From: Candidatus Latescibacterota bacterium | GTDB taxonomy: Bacteria; Latescibacterota; UBA2968 | Direction: 5' to 3' | DNA length: 64,000 nucleotides | Assembly (NCBI GenBank): GCA_965204375.1 | Contig: OZ241986.1 | Span: 544,001 to 608,000, forward strand | Part shown: positions 20,641-29,842 of the stretch, piece by piece | Layout of the letters: each line of letters starts with the position of its first letter | How positions within the stretch are numbered: position 1 is the first letter of the stretch | The notes under the pieces: model-generated | Told to the model about the DNA's origin: nothing | Database searches by the model: none | Seen by the model: only the letters and a program-made list of their open reading frames with translations | Made by a program: the position numbers and the translations under genes

Positions 20641-20771
20641 TTCCCTCCGACAGATAACAATCTCAAGTCACGCAAATAAGCCCAGACAACACGATTTCTC
20701 GCCAAAGCGGACCAATCTTTCTTTCAAGTTTAACTAATTTTTATAGTTAGTTAAGTTTAATTAACTTTTAC

Positions 20772-20892
20772 TTGACATCAAAATCTGTCTTTCTGATATT
20801 GAAAGGCGCAATGCAGAGAAATTATAATATTTCTCTCATTGCTCTGGCCATTAGCTCCTCCGCGCAAGGTTTGGTAGCTAATGGCTTTTTTT
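20772..20892 (+). ncRNA. Candidate sRNA; the span includes its promoter and intrinsic terminator
   Basis: TTGACA-17bp-GATATT, hairpin at 20808-20842, hairpin at 20847-20885 followed by T7; no plus-strand gene to explain the terminator. Confidence 0.45.
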
Positions 20893-20969
20893 ATGCGCCT
20901 TGTCGATAAATACGCTCCAAATTTTTCTATTATATCCGGGATTGCAGTGTTGCCTTAGTTCGGCTGAAC

Positions 20970-21662
20970 TTACTGCGTTCGCTTTACCCATTGCCTCAAG
21001 CCGGTGTCGAAGTGATCCCACACGGCCTGCCGCATCCCGTCCGGATCACGCGCCTTCAGGGCGAGGAAGATCCGTTCGTGGTTCTGGAAGTGTTCCAGGT
21101 CAATGCTCTCCCAGTCCCACCACTCACGGTGTGCCGTAACGAAAAATTCACTCAGCACCCGTCCAAGAGCCTGAGTCGCCAGATTTCCTGTTGCTTCGTA
21201 GGTCGCAAAGTGAAACGCCCAGTCGTGCGTGTAAAACTCGACAGGACGTTCTAACGCCTCCCGCATCGATTCCAGGTGTTGTCCCATCGCTTCCAGCTGA
21301 TCTTCAGTTACGCGCTCTATTACCATCTCCACAATTCCAATATCCACCGCCCGTCGCAATTCGTACATTTCTATAATCGTCTTTTTATTTATAGATGGAA
21401 CAAAGCTCAGATACTTAAACAAAGCCTGGGGGTCGAACTCTCTGACACTAATCCCATGCTTGGGACGAGCTTCCAGAATGCCTATTGCCTCTAAAATTTT
21501 GACCGCTTCTCGAACGGAGGCACGACTCACGCCAAACGCTTCTGCCATCTCCCGCTCTGTGGCCAACCTGTCTCCGGGCATCAATCCATTCTGCAAAATA
21601 TGGTTCTTGATCGCACCGATGATCCTCTTACTCAGGTTTTCTTTTTCAATGCTATTAAACAA
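20970..21662 (-). CDS. GntR family, FadR-subfamily transcriptional regulator
   Basis: wHTH PGDRLATEREMAEAFGVSRASVREA; FCD domain with DWAFH, TGN, HERI. Confidence 0.95.
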   Translation of the reverse strand: MFNSIEKENLSKRIIGAIKNHILQNGLMPGDRLATEREMAEAFGVSRASVREAVKILEAIGILEARPKHGISVREFDPQALFKYLSFVPSINKKTIIEMYELRRAVDIGIVEMVIERVTEDQLEAMGQHLESMREALERPVEFYTHDWAFHFATYEATGNLATQALGRVLSEFFVTAHREWWDWESIDLEHFQNHERIFLALKARDPDGMRQAVWDHFDTGLRQWVKRTQ

Positions 21663-21752
21663 AGCCCATTCTCCCGACCTTTCCTTGTATTTCCATTGTA
21701 CAGATATTTATGACTTTTTCACTCTGTTGATCCAATCATATTATTATATGAT

Positions 21753-21771
21753 ATAATGGTCTGACCATTAT
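21753..21771. promoter_or_regulatory. FadR-type operator
   Basis: Palindrome ATAATGGTC-T-GACCATTAT containing the FadR-subfamily TGGTCnGACCA core, just downstream of the regulator's promoter. Confidence 0.8.
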
Positions 21772-21800
21772 TGAAAATAATATTCTCAATCAATAACAAT

Positions 21801-21829
21801 AATATATTTTGTTCTCAGCCCCTAGTCAA
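21801..21829 (-). promoter_or_regulatory. Sigma70-type promoter of the FadR-like regulator
   Basis: TTGACT-17bp-TATATT on the minus strand. Confidence 0.65.
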
Positions 21830-21875
21830 GAACTTTTTGGTTCATGCAGGCGTCGGGATGAAAAATGTTTGAGCA

Positions 21876-23552
21876 TCAGGTTGCCGAGATAACGGGAAAT
21901 ACGATGTGAGACGGATACCGTCTCGAGTGATGTACGGTCTGCTGGGCCGGACGCATCTCCGTATCGGTGCCGAATTCGTGGCCGGTATTTGGGTTGCGGT
22001 CGAAGCGAGGGAAGTTGGACGAGGAAATTTCGACACGGATGCAGTGGCCTTTCCGGAACACGTTGCCGGTGACACTGAGGTCGATTTCGTATTCGTAGAT
22101 CCGGTTGGGTTCGAGCAGGGTCGGGTTGGTAAGGCTTTCGCGGTAGCGAGCACGCAAGATGCCGTCGCAGAGGTTTTTGGCGTAACCAGTAGGGGAGACA
22201 TCTACCAGCTTGGCTGTCCAGTCGGTGTCCGGGCCGTCGGTAGCGGCGTAGAGCACGGCTTTGATTGGTCCGGTGACTTCCATGTCGGCCTCCAGGGGAG
22301 CCGAGGTGTAACAGAGCACATCGCCGCGCATCTCGACCGGGCGCTGATCGTAGGGACCCCAGGGCACGATGTGGGGCGAGCAGCAGTTGTTACCACCCAG
22401 GGTTTGGACGGGGTACCGAGGGTCGTAAACAAAGTGGTCCGGGGTGTCTCCTTCTGGGAGAGTGGGAGACAGGCTCCCGTCGCCGAGCAGGCTGTTGGCA
22501 CTGCCGCAGGAGTGGAGGTACCATTTCTGCCACCGGGTGCGCGCCAGGGGCCATTCGTTTTCATCGCGCCATTCGTTGGTGCCCATGATGAAGAGGCGCA
22601 GGGGCGGCTCATCTACGATGCCGTTGTCGATGCCTTTGAGCCAGTAGTCAAACCAGCGCAGTTCCAGGGCTTCTAAGTCCACCATGGAGTGAGCGCCGAA
22701 GTCGATGTCGCCTGTTCGGGAAGAGGCGCTCAAGATGTGGGGCCACGGCCCGACGATGAGCTTGCTCTGCCGGGCTTCGGGGGTGCGGCCGTGCTGCCGC
22801 AGGCCATTGAAGTTGGTGAAGGTGTTTGCGGCGTAGAGGTCATACCAGCCGCCCATGTTGAATGCGGGAACGGCGATGTCGCCCCACCGATTTTCGTCAT
22901 TGATTTCGTCCCAGTAATCGTCGTAGGCGGCGTGTTGAACCCAGTCTTTCCAGAAGCCGAGGTCGCGCCCAGCCTGTTCGTCCATTTCTATGAGGGGGAG
23001 GTAACGAAAGGCTTCAGTCCAGTTGTGGTATTCGATGCTCTGGGCAGTGCGGGCGGTGGTGCGCATGCCCCAGGTCATGAGGACATTGAGTTGAAAGGCA
23101 CCACCGGGATAGACCAGCCCGCTGAAGTAGTCGCAGCAGATGACGCGAGGGGCAAGGCAGGTGAGATACTGGCTTCTGTGCGGGGCGCTTTGCCATTGGA
23201 CCAGGCCCAGGTACGAAGCACCGGCCATACCAATTTTACCGTTGCTCCATTCCTGACGGCCGATCCATTCCTGGGTGTCGTAGCCGTCTTTGCCTTCCCG
23301 GAAAGGGTAGTCGTTGCCCTCCGAGTCCCAGCGACCGCGACAGTCCTGCATCACACAGGCGTAGCCGCAGTTGGCCAGCTGCCGGGCTTTTTCGATCATG
23401 ACATCGGTGTTATTGCTGTAGGGGGTACGCATCAAGACAGTGGGAAATTTTCCCGCGGCTCTGGGGAGGTAGATGTCAGCGGACAGATTAACTCTGTCCC
23501 GCATCGGGACTTTTTCGTCCAGCCGCATATCTACGTCGTAATTGGGTTCCAT
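21876..23552 (-). CDS. CocE/NonD family hydrolase (peptidase S15)
   Basis: RTPY, QDCRGRWDSEG, nucleophile motif GASYLG, GGWYD, GPWPH, SSSNFPRFDRN. Confidence 0.95.
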   Translation of the reverse strand: MEPNYDVDMRLDEKVPMRDRVNLSADIYLPRAAGKFPTVLMRTPYSNNTDVMIEKARQLANCGYACVMQDCRGRWDSEGNDYPFREGKDGYDTQEWIGRQEWSNGKIGMAGASYLGLVQWQSAPHRSQYLTCLAPRVICCDYFSGLVYPGGAFQLNVLMTWGMRTTARTAQSIEYHNWTEAFRYLPLIEMDEQAGRDLGFWKDWVQHAAYDDYWDEINDENRWGDIAVPAFNMGGWYDLYAANTFTNFNGLRQHGRTPEARQSKLIVGPWPHILSASSRTGDIDFGAHSMVDLEALELRWFDYWLKGIDNGIVDEPPLRLFIMGTNEWRDENEWPLARTRWQKWYLHSCGSANSLLGDGSLSPTLPEGDTPDHFVYDPRYPVQTLGGNNCCSPHIVPWGPYDQRPVEMRGDVLCYTSAPLEADMEVTGPIKAVLYAATDGPDTDWTAKLVDVSPTGYAKNLCDGILRARYRESLTNPTLLEPNRIYEYEIDLSVTGNVFRKGHCIRVEISSSNFPRFDRNPNTGHEFGTDTEMRPAQQTVHHSRRYPSHIVFPVISAT

Positions 23553-23605
23553 GGGAACTCCTTTTGACATGTCTCCATTAGTGGTTGCTTTATGAATCAT
23601 CCCGA

Positions 23606-26197
23606 CTAATACTCCTTTGAGTCACGCCTGTTTTGTGACCGTCTTCCGTAGTGGAAGCCGACCTCGCGGGTAGCCGTCTCACCACTCACCAGATCCGTGA
23701 TTGTCACTTCCAGGACGTTGATACCGGGTTTGGTCTTGCTCAAATCCAACTCTATATACTCATTTTCACTCGATTCCGATCCGATTTGCTCGTAGGTCAC
23801 TGAGACCTGAGGCTTCTTGCTCCTGAGGAGGGATCGGAACCCGGAGGCAACCATTCCGACGATCCCCACCGAACCTTCGGGGCTGAACCGGACCAGATAT
23901 TGCACCTTGTAGCGGGTCTGACCGAAAGCGTCTTTATTCAGGTTGTAGATCTCGAAATAGGCATAGACCTTCTGGTCCAGTTTGTAGGCACGAGAGGGCA
24001 TCGGCACCACCCAGATATTGCCCTTCCGAAATCTGATGTTCGATCCTTTATCGCCAATGGTAGAAGCGAGCTCGATGTCGCTCATCTGGAGCGTCATCGA
24101 CCGATAGTCCTTGACCTCCAGCGACTGTTTATAGACCCCGATGTGCCCTGCGACCAGGTCTTTGAGTTGAACCTGGAGTTCGTATTTTCCAGGCGGCACC
24201 TGGACTCGGAGCATGTCGGGGACAAATGTCCCCTTCGCCCAGTTGGATTCTCCGGTGTTTCGATAGGAGAACGTATCTGTCGTTCGGTAGATGTTGGTGT
24301 GGCCTTCGTCCGCCAGAGCCAGTGATCCCTGCACATGGACCATAGAATCCGTGTCCCTTTCGACAAATTCTAACTGTTTGGGTGAAATGCCGTAATAGAC
24401 TTCGAGCGTGGTTTGCCCATCGGGGCCTCGGAAGTCGGCCAGGTCATAGTAGAAGTGGAGGGCAGGGCCTCGGAGGCTGGGACGGTAATAGTCCGGGGTT
24501 GTGACAACAGTCCTTTCAAAGACGAGTTTGGGCGCATATTCGGGCATTCGCGCCGTGTATTTCAATTGTCTTTGTCCGGCGGGAATCGGGGGGAGCGGGG
24601 CAAAGTCATAGGCGCGATTGCCCAGTTCGTCGGTAAAGGTAAACTCGATGCCGTTCCGGATTTGTGTATAAGTCCAGGTCTCCCAGGGCACCGTATTGAC
24701 CTCGTTGTCGATTGTGAGGGGCGCATAGCCCTGGAAATTGAGCCGAGTCTTCAGATCCAGGATATCGTCGGAGAGGCTCCCGAGTTCGTCTTCTTCTTGA
24801 GGAGTGGGAATATTCTGCAACATAAGGCGATCCAGATCCGAATCCGTCGATCCCGAAAGTGCTTCAACATTCTCATCATCCAGGGTGGGATCTCCAGCGG
24901 CTGTCCCTTCAGCCATCTGACGGGGGTCAACGGCGATGTCATCGGACAGAGCGTCACGGCGCGTCCGGACCGGGAAGACTGGTCCGGTAAAGGTCAAATA
25001 GTTGGCCTCGGGGCCATACATATCCACAGCCATCCGGGTGCGCACGGCCTCAACTTCGGCACTCACACTGAGTTGCCTGAGGTCGGACCGAGATCGGTAG
25101 TCGGGTTCCCCATAACGGATATAGACCTCTCCCCGCCGGTCCCAGGGGTGGGTCCCCTCCGCGAAGAAGGTGCGGGCATGCCACACCCGGCGGTAGTGCT
25201 CGATGATACGCTCGTTGACCGGGGTCAGGATATCGGAATCCCGACGCACCCAGAACTGATCCAGATAGGCCTGGCGCTCTGCAGCTTCAGCGATAGCCCG
25301 ATAATTGTCGAGTTCCTTCTTGGAAGCTACGAGTGAGATATCCGTATAGAGCTGGCGCTCTCTATCGTCCAGGTTCTGTAGATAGCGTTCGAAGTGTTCC
25401 AGGGCGGATTCGAAGCGCTCATGGAAGAAATAGCCCTGGGCCACCAGAGGCAAGAGCCGGAACTCCTGGGGATTGGCCTCCAGATAAGGGGTGAGGTGGG
25501 TATTAATTTTGTCATATTGCCTGGCCTGTACGCAGGAAAGCCCGAAAGCGTAGAGGCCATCCGGGTCATCGGATTCCAGTTCAACGTATTTTGAATAGTA
25601 TCCAATCGCCTTTTGGTGGTCCTCCCGAAAGTGTTCGTAGGCCTCTCCGAGAAGCCAGTAGGCCGGGGCGTAGGTCGAATCGATCTTGGCCGCCCGCTTC
25701 CCCTCGCCCACAGCACGTCGGAAATTGTAGAAGGCCGCCAGTCCCTTGCCAGGCATTTTGACGTGGACCAGCCCCAAACCCACGCGGGCATCGGGAAGGT
25801 TGGGATCGAGTTCCCTGGCCGTCGCGAAGGCATCTTTGGCTACCTCAAAGTCTTCCTTCTTGAGGGCAGCGTAGCCGAGCCGGATCTGGAGAGTAGCGTC
25901 TTTCGGGTATGCTTCGGCCAGGTGGGCAAAGGTATCAACGGCCCTGCTAAACTCGCTCGCTCGCACCTGCTGCTCCCCCAGGGCGACCATAGAGTCCCGC
26001 GCGGATTTGGAGATGACTTGTGGTGCCGCCTCGGACGGTAGATCCTGGGCAGAGACGGCAAGTGTGAGGATCCAGATTGACGTCCAAAAGGAGACCAAAG
26101 AGAAAGTAAAACGCCGAAATTCGACAGAAACGCTCATCGTACACCTCCAGTCTATACACCACCGGGATCTTGACTGTAAAGGTGGATCCTTCTTCAA
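23606..26197 (-). CDS. TPR + GWxTD domain-containing protein
   Basis: N-terminal TPRs, then FWVRRD...EHYRRV...WDRRGEVYIRYGEPD and ETWTY; exact start uncertain. Confidence 0.8.
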   Translation of the reverse strand: MKKDPPLQSRSRWCIDWRCTMSVSVEFRRFTFSLVSFWTSIWILTLAVSAQDLPSEAAPQVISKSARDSMVALGEQQVRASEFSRAVDTFAHLAEAYPKDATLQIRLGYAALKKEDFEVAKDAFATARELDPNLPDARVGLGLVHVKMPGKGLAAFYNFRRAVGEGKRAAKIDSTYAPAYWLLGEAYEHFREDHQKAIGYYSKYVELESDDPDGLYAFGLSCVQARQYDKINTHLTPYLEANPQEFRLLPLVAQGYFFHERFESALEHFERYLQNLDDRERQLYTDISLVASKKELDNYRAIAEAAERQAYLDQFWVRRDSDILTPVNERIIEHYRRVWHARTFFAEGTHPWDRRGEVYIRYGEPDYRSRSDLRQLSVSAEVEAVRTRMAVDMYGPEANYLTFTGPVFPVRTRRDALSDDIAVDPRQMAEGTAAGDPTLDDENVEALSGSTDSDLDRLMLQNIPTPQEEDELGSLSDDILDLKTRLNFQGYAPLTIDNEVNTVPWETWTYTQIRNGIEFTFTDELGNRAYDFAPLPPIPAGQRQLKYTARMPEYAPKLVFERTVVTTPDYYRPSLRGPALHFYYDLADFRGPDGQTTLEVYYGISPKQLEFVERDTDSMVHVQGSLALADEGHTNIYRTTDTFSYRNTGESNWAKGTFVPDMLRVQVPPGKYELQVQLKDLVAGHIGVYKQSLEVKDYRSMTLQMSDIELASTIGDKGSNIRFRKGNIWVVPMPSRAYKLDQKVYAYFEIYNLNKDAFGQTRYKVQYLVRFSPEGSVGIVGMVASGFRSLLRSKKPQVSVTYEQIGSESSENEYIELDLSKTKPGINVLEVTITDLVSGETATREVGFHYGRRSQNRRDSKEY

Positions 26198-26393
26198 CTA
26201 CCATTACATCTACGGAACTTTAGAACAATATAAGGTTTGCTAACAGGAGAAGTCAAGCGGCAGGTACGATCCGATCTCGTTATATTGCTGTGTCCTCACG
26301 AAGTTAAAAAAACTCCTTTTGAAATTTTTTAAAAAAAGCTAACTTAAACCAAAGACTGTCAGGTCGGGTTTTTTATAAGTAGAGGAGGAGGGG

Positions 26394-27584
26394 ATGCAGA
26401 AGCTCATTGTTTCACGAGATGACGAAATCTATGAGGCTTTCGCCGACATTGCCCGGACGCCGGACGGTATCCTCGTCTGCACTTACCGCGAGAGCATGGC
26501 TCATGGTCCCTGGCCCTTTTCGCGGATCGTAGTGCGCCGCAGCGAGGACGGTGGCTACACCTGGCAGCCCAAGCAGGTAGTCATTGAGAAGGATGGTGAG
26601 AAAGGGGAAGGGCGGCTGAACTGTTCCCGCATCACAGTCTGCCGGAATGGAACCCTGTTGCTGATCGTAGATTTCTACGTGCCTGGTCGGGACTGGTTGG
26701 TGAATCCGGTCGAGAACCTGCTGTTCTGGAGCAGTGATTCTGGCCGGACATGGGAGGGGCCTATGGAGACGGGCATCACCGATGGGATCGTGCCTTCCAC
26801 AAAGGAGTTGTCCAACGGCGACCTGCTCGTCGGTGTGACTCGCCAGCGTTCTACGGATGGAAGACGCTCCGGCCTGACCGAAGAGCAGACAATCTATCGT
26901 TCCGACGACGGTGGTCGAACCTGGGAGGGACCCTCAGTGGTTCCAGCTCCGCCTTACCTGCGGCTGAATGAGGGTGACTTCGCTGAATTGGACGACGGCA
27001 CGGTGGTCTGCTACATGCGTGAAGATGGGGAGCGGTTCACGGGTTGGAAGAGTATTTCGAACGACAGTGGTCGCACATGGTCTGAAGCCTTTCGCAGCCA
27101 GATGCATTCCTGCCTGGGCCGTCCATCGGTCGGCCGGGTTCGGTCTGGCGAGATCGTTGTCACCTACCGCTTCTATTCTGCGGTATCCACCAGCCTGGCT
27201 CTGTATGTAGAGACTACCGCCGAGGCGGTTCGCCGAGACGATCCGAACCCGAATGATTACGTGACCGACTATCGCCAGGCCAGGTTTGCCTTTCTGGACA
27301 ATGACCGCAGCCTTCACCCCGATAGCGGTTATTCCGGGTGGGTGCAACTCCCCAGTGGCGATCTGTACGTGGTCAACTACATTACCGATGACGCTCCCCG
27401 GGCTTTTATTCGGGGCTACATTGTCTCTCGCCATGATTGGTTCCTGTTCCCGGAAGGCGCTGTGCCGTGGCTGCCCCCATCCTCCTCCCAGCCCTATGTG
27501 GAGTTGTCCGCCGAGTGGGCCCGGAAGCAGCATGAGCGCAACCGAACGCAGGACTGGTCGCGCTATGTGCCAACACAGAAGTAA
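26394..27584 (+). CDS. BNR/Asp-box sialidase-like protein
   Basis: Asp boxes SEDGGYTW, SSDSGRTW, SDDGGRTW, SNDSGRTW; DSGYS motif. Confidence 0.85.
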   Translation: MQKLIVSRDDEIYEAFADIARTPDGILVCTYRESMAHGPWPFSRIVVRRSEDGGYTWQPKQVVIEKDGEKGEGRLNCSRITVCRNGTLLLIVDFYVPGRDWLVNPVENLLFWSSDSGRTWEGPMETGITDGIVPSTKELSNGDLLVGVTRQRSTDGRRSGLTEEQTIYRSDDGGRTWEGPSVVPAPPYLRLNEGDFAELDDGTVVCYMREDGERFTGWKSISNDSGRTWSEAFRSQMHSCLGRPSVGRVRSGEIVVTYRFYSAVSTSLALYVETTAEAVRRDDPNPNDYVTDYRQARFAFLDNDRSLHPDSGYSGWVQLPSGDLYVVNYITDDAPRAFIRGYIVSRHDWFLFPEGAVPWLPPSSSQPYVELSAEWARKQHERNRTQDWSRYVPTQK

Positions 27585-27762
27585 GGATCGGAATTCCGAG
27601 TGTCCAGCGGTTGGCGAGAAATACAGAGAATAATGTCAAAAAAGTTCTCCGAGCGAATGCGCCGCTCAAGAATAACACAGTAATTGATTTGCCATTATTT
27701 GCAATGCAGGTCCTCGTCAGGTGCGCTATCTGGCGGGGATTTTCTATACAGGGGTGGGAATA

Positions 27763-29829
27763 ATGATCCGGAAGATTCTGCACATAGGAATGGCCGTGGG
27801 AGTGATCTTTTTGGGACTGATCGCCCTGGTGGAGTTACTGGGATATGTGACCTGGTATCTGATGCCCAGAGACACGGAGTCCATGCAACAGGCGTCCGAG
27901 TTTGAGGCAATCATGGGCAGGTTGGTGCAAAGTCCCACAGAGGGGGCTATCCAGGTTGTGGTGCCGGACCGACGTCCGAAGACCGCAAAAGCCGTGCATC
28001 GGGTGATGGAATGGCCGGAAAGAAGGGGACGGCAGTTTTGGGAAGCCCCAATGCTAAAAGAGAGGGTGGCGGTGGGTGAGTTGCCTCCGGTTGGAGAACG
28101 GCTGCCGGAGAATCCTCTGGTGATTGTGCCGCCCCATCAGAATGGGCCTTATGGAGGCACCTGGACGCGGTTTGCAACGGGACCGAGAGATATAGGCATT
28201 GTGGAGGCTCGGTTTGCCTATGAGGGATTGGTGAGATGGGATCCGATGGGTCAAAAAATTCTTCCCAATCTGGCAACGCACTGGGAGATAGCCGATGGGG
28301 GACGGACGTACACGTTCTGGTTGCGAAAGGGGGTGCGCTGGTCAGATGGACATCCTTTTACAGTAGAGGATATTTTCTTCTGGCATGAAAATGTGTTGCG
28401 TAACGAGGAGTTGACACCGGTGGTCGCGCGGGATTTTCAGCGGGGAGGCGAAGTGATGGCGATGGAAAAGGTCGATGCGTACACCGTGCGTTTTCGCTTT
28501 AAACGACCCAATGGTCTTTTCCTGAAATTGCTGGCGTGGGGGCGCGGATACGAAATGTTGCGGTATCCGGCGCATTATATGGCGCAGTTTCATCCGCGGT
28601 ATGTGCAGTTGGAGAAATTAGAAGCGATGGCCGGGGAGCACGGTTTTGATTTCTGGCACCAGCTTTTTCAAGACAAGCGGGACTGGCGGAATCCGGATAT
28701 TCCCAGACTGTGGCCGTGGGTTGTCGTGGCACCGCCACCGGCCCGCCCTTCCGTGTTCGAGCGCAATCCCTATTATTGGAAGGTGGATCCAGAGGGGAAT
28801 CAGCTTCCTTATATTGATCGTATGACTTTTGAGATTTACGACCGCGAGACGATCAATCTCAAAGCGATTAACGGGGAGATTGGGATGCAGGGGCGGCACA
28901 TTTTGATCGAAAACTATTCCTTATTTATGGAGAATCAATCGCGCGGAGGGTATCGGGTGCTGCACTGGATTACCGGAGGAACCGGGGGAGAGTGCGTTGC
29001 GCTGAATTTGAATCACAAGGATCCGGTGATGCGCGAAATTATATGGGATCGTCGGTTCCGCATTGCGCTGTCACACGCGATTGATCGGGAGGCGATTAAC
29101 GAGGTCGGCGGGTTTGGTATCGGTCAGCCCAGGCAACCGGCACCTTTGCGGACGTCGGTGCATTATTCAGAGGCATTTGAAAAAGCATATATCGACTACG
29201 AGCCGGATAAGGCCAACTCGCTTTTGGACGAGATGGGGCTGGTGGAGAGAGATCGGTCTGGTATGCGATTGCGTCCGGATGGGAAGCCGATCAGGGTAGC
29301 AATTGAAACGATGTCGATCAACAACAGGGTGCTGGAATTGGTGGCGAATGATTGGACGGCGGTGGGGGTGAAGACGGAGATCAAAGAAGAAGCCCGACAG
29401 CTTTATTACGAGCGAAGAAAGGCGTTGATACACGATGCGGCAACTGCGGGCGGTGAGGTTCAGAACCCACTTTTGGAGCCGCGCTTGTTTGTCCCCTATA
29501 ATGTGGGATCGAGCCATGCGATTGGGTTCACGCATTGGCTTTTGACCAATGGAAAACGCGGGGAGACGCCCACGGGAGATATACGGCGCTGCATTGAACT
29601 GTTCTGGCAGATTGAGGAGACGCCGGACGAGGCCGAACAAATTCGGCTGTTTGGAGAGATTATAGATCTGAACCGGAAAAATCTCTGGGTGATTGGAACA
29701 ATCGGGAGTATGCCTTCGATTATGTTGGTACACAATACATTTCGGAATGTGCCGGAGGTCGCCATGGCATCGTGGTCGGTTCGCACACCTGCGAATACGG
29801 CGGTTGAGTGTTATGCGATTGAGCCATAG
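27763..29829 (+). CDS. ABC transporter substrate-binding protein, family 5
   Basis: GELPPVGERLPENP, LRKGVRWSDGHPFT, RNPYYWKVDPEGNQLPYID. Confidence 0.9.
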   Translation: MIRKILHIGMAVGVIFLGLIALVELLGYVTWYLMPRDTESMQQASEFEAIMGRLVQSPTEGAIQVVVPDRRPKTAKAVHRVMEWPERRGRQFWEAPMLKERVAVGELPPVGERLPENPLVIVPPHQNGPYGGTWTRFATGPRDIGIVEARFAYEGLVRWDPMGQKILPNLATHWEIADGGRTYTFWLRKGVRWSDGHPFTVEDIFFWHENVLRNEELTPVVARDFQRGGEVMAMEKVDAYTVRFRFKRPNGLFLKLLAWGRGYEMLRYPAHYMAQFHPRYVQLEKLEAMAGEHGFDFWHQLFQDKRDWRNPDIPRLWPWVVVAPPPARPSVFERNPYYWKVDPEGNQLPYIDRMTFEIYDRETINLKAINGEIGMQGRHILIENYSLFMENQSRGGYRVLHWITGGTGGECVALNLNHKDPVMREIIWDRRFRIALSHAIDREAINEVGGFGIGQPRQPAPLRTSVHYSEAFEKAYIDYEPDKANSLLDEMGLVERDRSGMRLRPDGKPIRVAIETMSINNRVLELVANDWTAVGVKTEIKEEARQLYYERRKALIHDAATAGGEVQNPLLEPRLFVPYNVGSSHAIGFTHWLLTNGKRGETPTGDIRRCIELFWQIEETPDEAEQIRLFGEIIDLNRKNLWVIGTIGSMPSIMLVHNTFRNVPEVAMASWSVRTPANTAVECYAIEP

Positions 29830-29842
29830 CCCGTATAGGGGA

